DNA of 64,000 nt from contig CAYUTI010000002.1 of the NCBI GenBank assembly GCA_964447685.1, positions 13,966 through 77,965 on the forward strand, read 5' to 3'. A program made the position numbers and the translations under genes. Origin of the DNA: Candidatus Woesearchaeota archaeon. GTDB lineage: Archaea; Nanobdellota; Nanobdellia; SCGC-AAA011-G17; CAYUTI01. Under the pieces are notes generated by a model, which was given only the letters and a program-made list of their open reading frames with translations, was not told where the DNA came from and searched no databases. Positions 9,606 through 18,932 of this stretch are shown one piece after another; the first letter of the stretch is position 1; each line of letters opens with the position of its first letter.

Positions 9606-10724
9606 TTATCTGTTAAAAATAAGTCTTGAACTTATACCCTCGCTATGAAGTTGTCGAGGATAATAACCTCCAACACGGTTTGAAACATTTGGCCATTGTA
9701 GTCCAAGTTGGAAACCATGCCTTCTATTTTTCCATTGCTTCTTAAACTCTTTAAACTCACCTTTTAACCACTCGTCACTTCTTCCTATTTCAGCCTCAAT
9801 GTATTGTGTTCTATCTACTGTTAGTGTAACAGGCTGACCTGAATAATCAAAAGCAGAATCACCTTCTGCTAAATATTGCGCTCTTAATGCAACATAATAA
9901 GCAGCTTCTAATAATGCATATTCAGGAACTTCTCCATTTATAAAAACTTCGTGGCCCCATGTTGTAAGAGGACTAATCATATTAATAAGGCCAAGCCCTT
10001 GTCTTAAATAAAAAGCTAAATCACTATCACGATAACCTACATAAAGATCAATATCTTTCATCACTTTGTCAAGCATCATTCTCAAATCACTTATTCTTGA
10101 CATTGTAAAAAAATCAATACATGTTAGTTTTTGATAATAAACTGACTCTTCATTTCCAAGTACAAAAGTCCAGACAGCATTATAACTATTTCCTGCTGAC
10201 ATAGTTCCTGCCTGAATTACATTCTTATAAATATAATATTCACTGTACATTCCAGCGGGAACAGGTTCTGATGTATGAATTACTTGATCAGCTTGATTAT
10301 AAAGTTTAAAGTTTATACTTGTTGCGCTTCCAGGTAGTGGTATTGTTAATGCAGTCTTTGTAAAACTAAAACCTATCTTCTGTATCTCTTTAGTTGTTGT
10401 TAGATTGTAAGAAGGATTAACTACATCAAAATACTCAGTTAACTTATAAGTTAACCCATTATTTGTTACTAAGTCCCAATCAATTACATATTTATTTTCT
10501 TCGTCACTAAGAACACTTGTATCAGGAATTGTAAAATCTGCATGATATAAATTATCTTGTGCGTTAAAAGTTCCTGTTCCTGCAACAACAAGATCTTGGT
10601 GTATATCACGAACAACAAAACTTGGATACAAGTTTGGATCATTAGGCATAAGTGGGACACCTTCACTAAAAAACGAAGCCGTAACCGAAACTTCTTGTCC
10701 AATATAGACAATGCGTGGTGTCAT
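9606..10724 (-). CDS. hypothetical protein, 372 aa (possible structural protein)
   Basis: ORF track; no recognisable motif. Confidence 0.5.
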   Translation of the reverse strand: MTPRIVYIGQEVSVTASFFSEGVPLMPNDPNLYPSFVVRDIHQDLVVAGTGTFNAQDNLYHADFTIPDTSVLSDEENKYVIDWDLVTNNGLTYKLTEYFDVVNPSYNLTTTKEIQKIGFSFTKTALTIPLPGSATSINFKLYNQADQVIHTSEPVPAGMYSEYYIYKNVIQAGTMSAGNSYNAVWTFVLGNEESVYYQKLTCIDFFTMSRISDLRMMLDKVMKDIDLYVGYRDSDLAFYLRQGLGLINMISPLTTWGHEVFINGEVPEYALLEAAYYVALRAQYLAEGDSAFDYSGQPVTLTVDRTQYIEAEIGRSDEWLKGEFKEFKKQWKNRRHGFQLGLQWPNVSNRVGGYYPRQLHSEGISSRLIFNR

Positions 10725-10727
10725 AAT

Positions 10728-11630
10728 CTACTCCTCAAATTGTCGTTGAAACATAAGATATCCATAAGTTGACGACAATTTTAAAATTGATTTTTTGAGT
10801 GCTTTGGGATTGTCAACATTAAATCCCTGACTGGATAATAACAACTTCTTAGGTGATGTTTTAGTTAAACTAAATGTTATCATTGTTTTACTATATTTAT
10901 TATTATCATCAAGTTCGACTATAGACACGAGATATATTTTTTTTAAAAGAGATGCTTTATTTTTTAGTTTTGGAACATTTAATATAGGAATAAATTTTCC
11001 AAAAACAAGTTTATTTTTATTAGTATCTATAAGAAGATTTTTTTCATTACTTAATTGTAATATATTATCATCACCTATAATCTTACGGATCTTCTTGAAT
11101 TCATTACTAAGCATCTTTTCAAGGCGTTTATTGATTTCACTTTTATCTGAAAGTGGTTTTGGATAAACAGTTTCTGCTATCCCATTTAACATAGATTTTA
11201 TGCAATCTATTAAATCTCTTTGTTTAACTATAGCAGAATTTAATTCTGTTTTTACAGCATCTATTTTTTTATTAACAACTTTACTGAAGGCATAATCAAT
11301 TTGAGATCTGGCATTTTCTAAAAAGGACAACTCATTATTAGCAGATTTAAGAAGATCAAACTTTTTATCAATATTTCTTAGCAGCTTATTTCTATCATTT
11401 CCTGCTTGCACAAATAGTTTATTAAGACGTTTCATCTTTTTTACAGTGGAAATATGATATGATTTCCAACGTTCTATCAGAGAATTAAATTTATGAATAT
11501 GAAAATTAAATTCACTTCTTTTTGATTTTGAATTAAAACTAACTTTATCATATATTTTGAATGAAACCGCTGAAGAAATTATGTTAGCTAATTTAGTATA
11601 TTCACTATTAAGATCATAATCATTTTCCAT
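10728..11630 (-). CDS. coiled-coil protein, 300 aa (scaffold-like composition)
   Basis: K/E/L-rich heptad-like sequence; calling it a scaffold is speculative. Confidence 0.45.
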   Translation of the reverse strand: MENDYDLNSEYTKLANIISSAVSFKIYDKVSFNSKSKRSEFNFHIHKFNSLIERWKSYHISTVKKMKRLNKLFVQAGNDRNKLLRNIDKKFDLLKSANNELSFLENARSQIDYAFSKVVNKKIDAVKTELNSAIVKQRDLIDCIKSMLNGIAETVYPKPLSDKSEINKRLEKMLSNEFKKIRKIIGDDNILQLSNEKNLLIDTNKNKLVFGKFIPILNVPKLKNKASLLKKIYLVSIVELDDNNKYSKTMITFSLTKTSPKKLLLSSQGFNVDNPKALKKSILKLSSTYGYLMFQRQFEE

Positions 11631-11647
11631 ATAACTACCTATATCAT

Positions 11648-12664
11648 TTATATAACGAAAACATAATTATTTTCATTGTAGAATTTATTCACATTTTTAC
11701 TTGGCATAATGAAATATTTCTCAAAATGCCTAACTAATCGTGCCTGAGCTGTATTCGATATCAGTACACCCATTGGATTATTAGGTTCATTCTCAATTAT
11801 ACGCCATAAAAAACCTTCATCATCTATGATAAGATCAGTGGTATGTATTGTATCTACTGTATTATCGAAATTAATTGTTATATTTGAAGTAACATCATCA
11901 CGAATGTTAAAATCGCCGGTATAAGTTTTAGTAAGTCGTGGCATGTCACATTGAATATCATATTTAGCTACACCAAACTGTAAAAATATTCCATAAAGTC
12001 CAGCATTTTCATTAGTGCTGTCTTTCATTTCAAGTACAAGATCAACTGTGTTATTCTGATATGCAAGAAAAGCATCTTCGCTTACATCACTACCATCAAT
12101 TGTAAGATTCCAATGAGCAGGTTCTTCTTTAAATTTAATTGCAAGATTTAAAACACTATCAAAATATTTAGGAACATTAAATTTCCATGTAATTTTACCG
12201 AGCCTACTTTCAGGTTTAAAATAATAAGGTTGTTCTCTTACTATTCCTACTCTGTATGGTTTATGACTCATAGTATAATCAAAGCAATAAGATTGAGCAC
12301 CAACTCTTGAATATCCTCCAGGAAAACCTGTACCGAAACAAATTGGACATTGTTCTTTTTCAGGTAATACTGTTCCTGTAAGGTTCATTAGAAAGTCTGT
12401 GAATTTTACACCGCTGCTATTCTCAACAGCTTCTATATCTCTTTCAATACTTTCATCAGTACAAGTGCATTGTCTTCCATTCTTTAATAATTTATAATAT
12501 TCTACATATTTAGGGTAAACTTTAATAGCTTCATTCTCTTCTCGTTGAGCCTGAGTAAGTATTCTTTTCATCCTTTTCCTAACTTCAGGATTAAGATGAG
12601 CATTCCGTGGATCACGCTGTACTCGTGGTTTTGCGAATCCTGATGTTGTTGAATAGATTGTCAT
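11648..12664 (-). CDS. hypothetical protein with Cys cluster (CTCTD...CPICFGTG), 338 aa
   Basis: ORF track. Confidence 0.5.
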   Translation of the reverse strand: MTIYSTTSGFAKPRVQRDPRNAHLNPEVRKRMKRILTQAQREENEAIKVYPKYVEYYKLLKNGRQCTCTDESIERDIEAVENSSGVKFTDFLMNLTGTVLPEKEQCPICFGTGFPGGYSRVGAQSYCFDYTMSHKPYRVGIVREQPYYFKPESRLGKITWKFNVPKYFDSVLNLAIKFKEEPAHWNLTIDGSDVSEDAFLAYQNNTVDLVLEMKDSTNENAGLYGIFLQFGVAKYDIQCDMPRLTKTYTGDFNIRDDVTSNITINFDNTVDTIHTTDLIIDDEGFLWRIIENEPNNPMGVLISNTAQARLVRHFEKYFIMPSKNVNKFYNENNYVFVI

Positions 12665-12671
12665 AAATCAC

Positions 12672-12866
12672 CTACTTACCATATAGTCGTTTACGTGTCA
12701 GTGCAGCACGATGTCCTCTTCTATTTCGTTTAGTGGCTCCCATCTTTTTTGCTGTACGAACTGCCTTACGAGATAAAGCTCTATGCTCAGCTTTTCGTTT
12801 ATTTTTTTCACGCTTTCTTTTAGCGAGACGTAATTCTGTTTTTGTCTTCTTTTTTGAAAGAGGCAT
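12672..12866 (-). CDS. extremely basic small protein (about 45% K/R), putative nucleic-acid-binding or packaged core protein
   Basis: Composition resembles ribosomal L34 or protamine-like proteins; no specific homology claimed. Confidence 0.5.
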   Translation of the reverse strand: MPLSKKKTKTELRLAKRKREKNKRKAEHRALSRKAVRTAKKMGATKRNRRGHRAALTRKRLYGK

Positions 12867-13075
12867 TAGTCATCACCTTTTAGACTGGCTAACCTCGACG
12901 CTATTCTAATACATTTTTCTGATTGAATATCATCTTCCATACTTGCTGCCATACTTAGACAAGTTAATGCAGAGTTAAGATTAATTAGTGTTTGTATGTT
13001 ATCTGCAATTCTAAGCCTACTTGAAACTTGAATTGTTTTTTGTATAATTCTATTTTGCTTAGCAATAGATGGCAT
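12866..13075 (-). CDS. hypothetical protein, 69 aa
   Basis: ORF track. Confidence 0.35.
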   Translation of the reverse strand: MPSIAKQNRIIQKTIQVSSRLRIADNIQTLINLNSALTCLSMAASMEDDIQSEKCIRIASRLASLKGDD

Positions 13076-13078
13076 AAT

Positions 13079-13270
13079 TTACACCTCATTTACTTCTATT
13101 TTCTTAACAACAGCTTTTACACCTGTAGGATCTTCTATAATAAGATTAGAGCCTTGTCTTTTTATTACTTCACAGACAGTATCACGAGGTATGATATCAC
13201 CTGATTTTGTTTTAATATCTTTAATAGTTAATACAAAATCTTTCGCACTTCTAATTATCGTGTATTTCAT
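13079..13270 (-). CDS. small protein, MKYT N-terminus (start trimmed to the internal ATG)
   Basis: Internal Met gives the MKYTIIRS N-terminus; trimming also reduces overlap with the upstream ORF. Confidence 0.35.
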   Translation of the reverse strand: MKYTIIRSAKDFVLTIKDIKTKSGDIIPRDTVCEVIKRQGSNLIIEDPTGVKAVVKKIEVNEV

Positions 13271-13505
13271 TTGAAACACCCCTTTTCGGAATTTTAATAT
13301 CTCTAAAACTCTTATTAATATCACTATAAATTTGAATACTGTTAATATATTTACACTCTACAAAACCACACTTAAAAAAATTCTTATTATTAACAGCTTC
13401 AAGAATAATGTAATAAAAAAATTTTCTTCCGAAACTAAATTCTACAACGTTATCAACTATTAATTCTATAGAATTATTTTTTAATGTGATTCGTATTTTT
13501 TTCAT
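13251..13505 (-). CDS. hypothetical protein, 84 aa
   Basis: ORF track. Confidence 0.35.
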   Translation of the reverse strand: MKKIRITLKNNSIELIVDNVVEFSFGRKFFYYIILEAVNNKNFFKCGFVECKYINSIQIYSDINKSFRDIKIPKRGVSNEIHDN

Positions 13506-13516
13506 ATGAGGTTATC

Positions 13517-13933
13517 TTATTGTTGTTGAACACCAATATCAAGTGATATAATTCCTGTAGCATTTATAGCGTCATTATTTTTCACTTGAAAATAAATAAG
13601 AGGTTGAATAAGATCATCTTGATTCTTAAAAACTAAGAAGGAATGATGTTCTGTTACAACCACGGCACTTGTTTCAATATTATATTCTATATTTAAACCT
13701 GATTGTGAAAATATATTATAAGGACTATTTATAGCAGTATTTTTTCTATTAAAAAAATGAAAATCAAAATTAGTACTACTACACTTAATAATTATATTAA
13801 CTAAAATAAGTTCAGTTGGAATTTGTAATTCTTGCACAGGTCCTGTAGTAGAAGGAGTAACAGTAGGAACAAAATATTTATAATATGTTGTTCCACTTGA
13901 TTTATTCTCAAATAGTTTTAATGGTTTTATCAT
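13517..13933 (-). CDS. hypothetical protein, 138 aa
   Basis: ORF track. Confidence 0.45.
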   Translation of the reverse strand: MIKPLKLFENKSSGTTYYKYFVPTVTPSTTGPVQELQIPTELILVNIIIKCSSTNFDFHFFNRKNTAINSPYNIFSQSGLNIEYNIETSAVVVTEHHSFLVFKNQDDLIQPLIYFQVKNNDAINATGIISLDIGVQQQ

Positions 13934-13942
13934 AACTCACCT

Positions 13943-14164
13943 TTAATTTCGTTTTTTAAGGTTAACTTGTCGCCATGAATTTTTATATCTAGTTTCAACA
14001 TCAAATATTTCATTTCTATTGACACTAACTGATGTTTCAATACTATCTTTTAACTGTACCATGAAAAAATAATACAGGCCGGAAACGTATTCTATAACAT
14101 TTTTATAAACTTTCATGTCTCCGTTCTGAAAGGTTATTTTTATCACCTTTTCCTTTTCCATCAA
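13943..14164 (-). CDS. hypothetical protein, 73 aa
   Basis: ORF track; aaggagaac RBS upstream. Confidence 0.4.
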   Translation of the reverse strand: MMEKEKVIKITFQNGDMKVYKNVIEYVSGLYYFFMVQLKDSIETSVSVNRNEIFDVETRYKNSWRQVNLKKRN

Positions 14165-14195
14165 GTTCTCCTTATAGTTCAGGCCTATAAGATCA

Positions 14196-14642
14196 TTATT
14201 TTTCTTTCCAAGTTTTTATGCCTTTTTCAACACTTCTTCCAACTATATAACCACCAACACCGAGCTGTAATAAATCCCACATTTGATCAGGTATTGCTAA
14301 TATAGGAGCTTGATTCCAAAATAAGCTTAAATAAGGATATAAAGCATAATTATTGAATATTATTAAACCAAAAAGACTCATTAATCCTGGTCGCCAATTT
14401 CTTTGTAAGAAAGATTCTCCCTGAGCTTCTGCAATAATAACGTTACTTTGCATTTTAGTTACTTCGTTACTGAGCTGAACACCTAATACTTCAAGCTCAA
14501 GAACTTTACTTTCAATTTCAGCTTTTTTCTCTGGACTTATTTCACCTGTTATTGCTGATCTAATATCTTTAGCTAAAGCACCTACTCCGCTACACAATTC
14601 ACCAATTCCAAAAGAAGCTATTTTAGATATAAAATTACTCAC
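14196..14642 (-). CDS. holin-like protein (GTA-type 3-TM holin family; WRP motif, N-terminal coiled coil, C-terminal TM segments)
   Basis: QRNWRPGLM motif followed by hydrophobic helices. Immediately upstream of the lysozyme gene. GTG start. Confidence 0.55.
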   Translation of the reverse strand: MSNFISKIASFGIGELCSGVGALAKDIRSAITGEISPEKKAEIESKVLELEVLGVQLSNEVTKMQSNVIIAEAQGESFLQRNWRPGLMSLFGLIIFNNYALYPYLSLFWNQAPILAIPDQMWDLLQLGVGGYIVGRSVEKGIKTWKEK

Positions 14643-14644
14643 GG

Positions 14645-15061
14645 CTACACCTCTTCAATTAATTTTACTAGATTTTTACTACGGACCCCTACTTGATTAT
14701 ACCATGAAGAGTTTTTCATTTCCTTTATCATTCCTGACCAATCATTATTTTCTATAGTAGCGAACATTTTTTTAAAATTGGATAGTCTTGAAATACCCAT
14801 GTTAAAACACATATCCATTAAGACTAATTGAATATTTTCTGGAAGACTGTTAAATTTTGAAGATCCTAATTTATTAATAAGTTCGTCTTTAACTCTTTTA
14901 ATATCATTATTAAGAAGAAATAATGCCTCTTCTTCTGATATACCGTTATCCTCTATATTTCTACCAATACCTATTGTTAATTTTCCAGCAGGACACCTAT
15001 AAGGAAATAATTTACTACCTTCATGACTAATAAGCATAGCCATTAATTTAGTTTTATCCAT
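14645..15061 (-). CDS. T4-type lysozyme / endolysin (glycoside hydrolase family 24)
   Basis: Clear similarity to T4 lysozyme: HEG...TIGIGRN and SSWYNQVGVRSKNLV versus T4 SRWYNQTPNRAKRV. Confidence 0.85.
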   Translation of the reverse strand: MDKTKLMAMLISHEGSKLFPYRCPAGKLTIGIGRNIEDNGISEEEALFLLNNDIKRVKDELINKLGSSKFNSLPENIQLVLMDMCFNMGISRLSNFKKMFATIENNDWSGMIKEMKNSSWYNQVGVRSKNLVKLIEEV

Positions 15062-15140
15062 ATTTACTATCTCCTGTAAAATGTGAACTACCGTCGAACT
15101 AAAGATTCGACAGTTTTCTATAACACCTAAAATATAAATT

Positions 15141-15509
15141 TTAATCTGTTATTCTTCTTTTTTCTTGTTTTCTTTTATCATGAACATAATCAATAAATTT
15201 TCTATGTTTTAGTACTCTTACTGTCATTAATATAACTATGATAAGAACAGTAATGAAAAGAGGAGTAGATCGTATCTTCCAAAGTACAGTAGAAAATAAA
15301 GGTTCCTTAAATATTTCTATACTATGTTTAAAGAAATAATGATAAGTTAATATTCCATAACCAGTATAAATAGCTATTGACAAAAACATGAATGTAACAC
15401 ACATAAAAACCGCACTAGCTTTTCTTAGTTTCCACCACCACCATGAAAACAATAAAAATCCATATATGCAAGTTAAAAATATAGCTACGGTGATGTAATA
15501 ATCGTACAT
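15141..15509 (-). CDS. polytopic membrane protein, 122 aa (lysis-associated?)
   Basis: Three to four hydrophobic helices and a basic C-terminal tail. Confidence 0.5.
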   Translation of the reverse strand: MYDYYITVAIFLTCIYGFLLFSWWWWKLRKASAVFMCVTFMFLSIAIYTGYGILTYHYFFKHSIEIFKEPLFSTVLWKIRSTPLFITVLIIVILMTVRVLKHRKFIDYVHDKRKQEKRRITD

Positions 15510-15511
15510 AA

Positions 15512-15775
15512 TTAATCCTTTATGTCATTACAAATGCACTCCCCATCATCATTTATAAATCCTTTTATAACATCTTTTTCTTTTTTCACTCGATGAACTG
15601 CTATGAACCAATTATCCTCTCCATCCATAGTAGCTTTAATATCATTAAGATGTTGTAAGGCTTTATACTTATTAGGTTTAACAATATTTTCTAAATCACT
15701 TTCTAAAATAGATATATTATCACCTGATAATTTTCCATAAAATCTAGTTAATAAATCTTTAAATAGTCCTGTCAT
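15512..15775 (-). CDS. hypothetical protein, 87 aa
   Basis: ORF track. Confidence 0.4.
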   Translation of the reverse strand: MTGLFKDLLTRFYGKLSGDNISILESDLENIVKPNKYKALQHLNDIKATMDGEDNWFIAVHRVKKEKDVIKGFINDDGECICNDIKD

Positions 15776-15790
15776 TTTACATTTCCTCTT

Positions 15791-16021
15791 TTATACTCTA
15801 TTAACTAAAATTCTAAGCAATGTTGTTAACTCTGTATTAGCTGTACTCAAATCTTTTAATTCATTACTGAGCTTTATACAAAAATCACCTTGTCGTATTA
15901 TTATTTTTTGCTGCCACCATATTATTATAAATAAAATAAGAACAGTGAGAACAAAAATAAAATGCAAAGGATCTTGAAGAAGTTTAAGAATCTCTAGAAT
16001 AGCCTTTAATAAATCAGTCAT
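15791..16021 (-). CDS. single-TM membrane protein, 76 aa
   Basis: LHFIFVLTVLILFIIIWW hydrophobic helix. Confidence 0.4.
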   Translation of the reverse strand: MTDLLKAILEILKLLQDPLHFIFVLTVLILFIIIWWQQKIIIRQGDFCIKLSNELKDLSTANTELTTLLRILVNRV

Positions 16022-16062
16022 ATAATCCTCACTGTCTACATTTATAATAAACTGTTAACGTT

Positions 16063-16734
16063 TTAAATTGTTCTCCAACCCCAAGTTGAATTAGTAAATA
16101 CAAGTTTAAAACTAGCATTCATTGTCGTTACATCCATTGTGTATTCATCAGGATATACTGAACTATGCATTATTCTATAAATACTATTTATTCTTAATCT
16201 ACTAAGGTGAAAATTAGATGTTAGATCACATATACCTACTGTAGAACCAAAAACAGGGTTTATAGGCATATTAATAATAAGAGGTGATATGTCAGTATAG
16301 CCTGTTGTATCTACAAAAAGACGATATCCTGCTTCAGCAGTTGTTCCAGTTGCACTTAAAATAAGAGGAACAAGATTACCTTCACCTAATGGTGGTTGAG
16401 TTGTACCGACTACCATAAAGGTCAAAACGTCTTCATTAAGTAAAGCGACATCAAACTGAACTGTGAATTCATCAACCTCTTTATATAACAGATTTTGAAC
16501 AGGATCAGCAGGAAGAGTATCAACAGCTTCAGCAAGTTGTCCATTTACAAAAATAAGAAGTGTTCTGCTGCCAACAACATAAGGCCCACTAAGATAAAAT
16601 AGTTTATTAGCAATACCATCGCTACCCAATTTTTTCTCGAACATGGACATATTCGAGACGTATCCTTTATCTGCTGTGGTATTAAATTTTCTTAAATAAT
16701 TTTCACCGCTAGCAGTAGCTTTAACTAATGACAT
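16063..16734 (-). CDS. hypothetical structural protein, 223 aa
   Basis: ORF track. Confidence 0.5.
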   Translation of the reverse strand: MSLVKATASGENYLRKFNTTADKGYVSNMSMFEKKLGSDGIANKLFYLSGPYVVGSRTLLIFVNGQLAEAVDTLPADPVQNLLYKEVDEFTVQFDVALLNEDVLTFMVVGTTQPPLGEGNLVPLILSATGTTAEAGYRLFVDTTGYTDISPLIINMPINPVFGSTVGICDLTSNFHLSRLRINSIYRIMHSSVYPDEYTMDVTTMNASFKLVFTNSTWGWRTI

Positions 16735-16758
16735 AATTATTCTCCATTCAATAATTAA

Positions 16759-17220
16759 CTATATGCCGTATTTATCTAAAATGTATTGAGTTTTACCTTC
16801 TTGTAATACATTTAAATTTTGTAGCTGATTTAAGGCATTTCTGAAAGATTGATTGTTGATATTGAAAAATGTTCTTATCTGCATTTCAAATTTAAATCTA
16901 AGTACAATAGAGTTTTCACTTGTTAGAAAATTTATTTTTTCTTCATTATTGAATTCATCCCAAATTTCAGGAACAGAAACTAAGATAGGAATTTCTTCCT
17001 TAGTATTATAAACTGTATAATTTAATCCTATAAATAATTTTAAATCATCATCTGATATTTCAAGTAATGCTTTTCTCATTAAACAAGTATCTTTTATAAG
17101 ATATTTATTTATTGGTATTAAATTAGAAAAAATTAAATTAATTTTATGTTCTTGTTTTTTATACCACTTCTCTTTATTAGTTAGATTTAAATATTCGTTT
17201 AAAACAATAAATTTACTCAT
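16759..17220 (-). CDS. hypothetical protein, 153 aa
   Basis: ORF track. Confidence 0.45.
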   Translation of the reverse strand: MSKFIVLNEYLNLTNKEKWYKKQEHKINLIFSNLIPINKYLIKDTCLMRKALLEISDDDLKLFIGLNYTVYNTKEEIPILVSVPEIWDEFNNEEKINFLTSENSIVLRFKFEMQIRTFFNINNQSFRNALNQLQNLNVLQEGKTQYILDKYGI

Positions 17221-17234
17221 AATATAACTCCATA

Positions 17235-18896
17235 TTAAGGATAATTAATAATTAGCCACTGGCTATTAATACTTGATAAAGTAGTATTACTATCCTTCAT
17301 CGCTTTTACACTAACTCTATATTGAATACCACTCTCTAAAACTGGAGGTGTATAAATTACAGTTCCAGCTCCTTGTGTATATGGAGGAGTTCCAGAAAAA
17401 TATGAGGGGCTACTATTACTATTATGAATATAAATAGTTAACCAAACAGTATCAGTTATTCGTTGTTCTATAGTAACCTCAAAATCTAAATTACTATTAT
17501 TAAGATCTGATGGAACATTAAACTCTATTGAAGATGTTTCTGCATTATTAAGAGTAACAAATGTTGGAATATTAGGTAAATGATAAGGAAGAAGGCTACC
17601 ACTTGGTGTATGGGTTGCACTTCCAATACTTCCTGCTACTCCATTACTTCCACCATTAAATCCAGCTCCAGCTAAACCAGCAGCTACATTCATATTAAGA
17701 ACAGACATTGGAACAGAATCATAACTAAGTGTTAAAACACCGCCATCTCCACCATCTCCACCATCAGCAAAACCTGTAGAATAACTCCAACCGTTACCAT
17801 CTCCCCCATCACCACCTTTTAAATATATATTTAATGTAGTAGTAATATCTCCTGTTCTATAGAACATTGTGAAATTTGGAGCACCACCTCCTCCACCTCC
17901 ACCACCTAAATTACCAGTAGTATTATTTCCACAACCACCACCGTCACCACCTCTATTAGCTCCAACACCACCAGATCTTGGAGTAGCATCTATATCATCA
18001 GTTTCGGCACCACTACCACCACCATTATATTGACCTGCTTGACCATTTGAAGATATGTTTTGATTATAAAGATATCCTAACTGACCTATATAACCACCAC
18101 CACTTCCTGATCTACTAGTTGATAAGTTTCCAGCATTACCACCATCAGTTCCAGAAAAATCCCAGGTAATATTAGCTTCACTAAAAATTAAATTACCATT
18201 TATTGAAAACTTTGGGCTAAAATAACAATTTTGAATTGTTAGTGAAGTAAGACCATTAAATTCACAGTTACCATCAATAGTCCATAAGAAACTTTTTTCA
18301 TTAGATCCTGTAATACTTATTGTTACTCCATCATGATAAAAATTACCACCAATATGAAGTCTGGAAGTAAACCAATCATATTCACTTGGATTATTATTTG
18401 TTATTGTTAAATTTCCATTTATTTTTTGAATTATAGAGGAAGCAGGGTTAGCTCCGACTCCTTCATAATATTGAGTAGGAATCCAATTAGTATAATCAAG
18501 AATCATATCACCAATACATAGAATTTCATTAACCTCTATAGAGTTCCAATAAGAAATGTCACCTATTTTTCTTTTTGAATCTATATTACCCCAAACAATA
18601 AGTTTGTCGCAGGTTATACTTCCATTTCTTATAAATAAATCTCCTCGTACTGTGATAGTATAACCAGTTGCATCTAAACTTCCACCATCATAAATAATAA
18701 GGTTATTAAGTTCTAAATTTTCAGTATATATGCTTGAATCTTTAACAGCGAGATCAATATAACCAACTCCTGTTAATTCTCTTATCCCTTGATTAATATT
18801 CTGTAGATCGCTTCCAGATGTCCAATCACCTCTGTTACTATCTTTTATCTCTTCAAGATCTACACCCTGAAAAAGGTTTTGAAATAGCATAACCAC
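17235..18896 (-). CDS. glycine-rich beta-helix-like fibre/receptor-binding candidate, paralogue A (553 aa)
   Basis: About 60% identical to the neighbouring gene. GGGGGGGG and GDGGDGG tracts. C-terminal FN3-like tail. Confidence 0.7.
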   Translation of the reverse strand: MVMLFQNLFQGVDLEEIKDSNRGDWTSGSDLQNINQGIRELTGVGYIDLAVKDSSIYTENLELNNLIIYDGGSLDATGYTITVRGDLFIRNGSITCDKLIVWGNIDSKRKIGDISYWNSIEVNEILCIGDMILDYTNWIPTQYYEGVGANPASSIIQKINGNLTITNNNPSEYDWFTSRLHIGGNFYHDGVTISITGSNEKSFLWTIDGNCEFNGLTSLTIQNCYFSPKFSINGNLIFSEANITWDFSGTDGGNAGNLSTSRSGSGGGYIGQLGYLYNQNISSNGQAGQYNGGGSGAETDDIDATPRSGGVGANRGGDGGGCGNNTTGNLGGGGGGGGAPNFTMFYRTGDITTTLNIYLKGGDGGDGNGWSYSTGFADGGDGGDGGVLTLSYDSVPMSVLNMNVAAGLAGAGFNGGSNGVAGSIGSATHTPSGSLLPYHLPNIPTFVTLNNAETSSIEFNVPSDLNNSNLDFEVTIEQRITDTVWLTIYIHNSNSSPSYFSGTPPYTQGAGTVIYTPPVLESGIQYRVSVKAMKDSNTTLSSINSQWLIINYP

Positions 18897-18932
18897 CTCG
18901 TTGTTAAAAATTTATTTATTAATAAACTGCTA

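Noticed and set aside
14170-14190. AT-rich hairpin cttatag-ttcaggc-ctataag as a terminator
   Set aside because: Weak stem that overlaps the RBS region of the next gene; more likely incidental.
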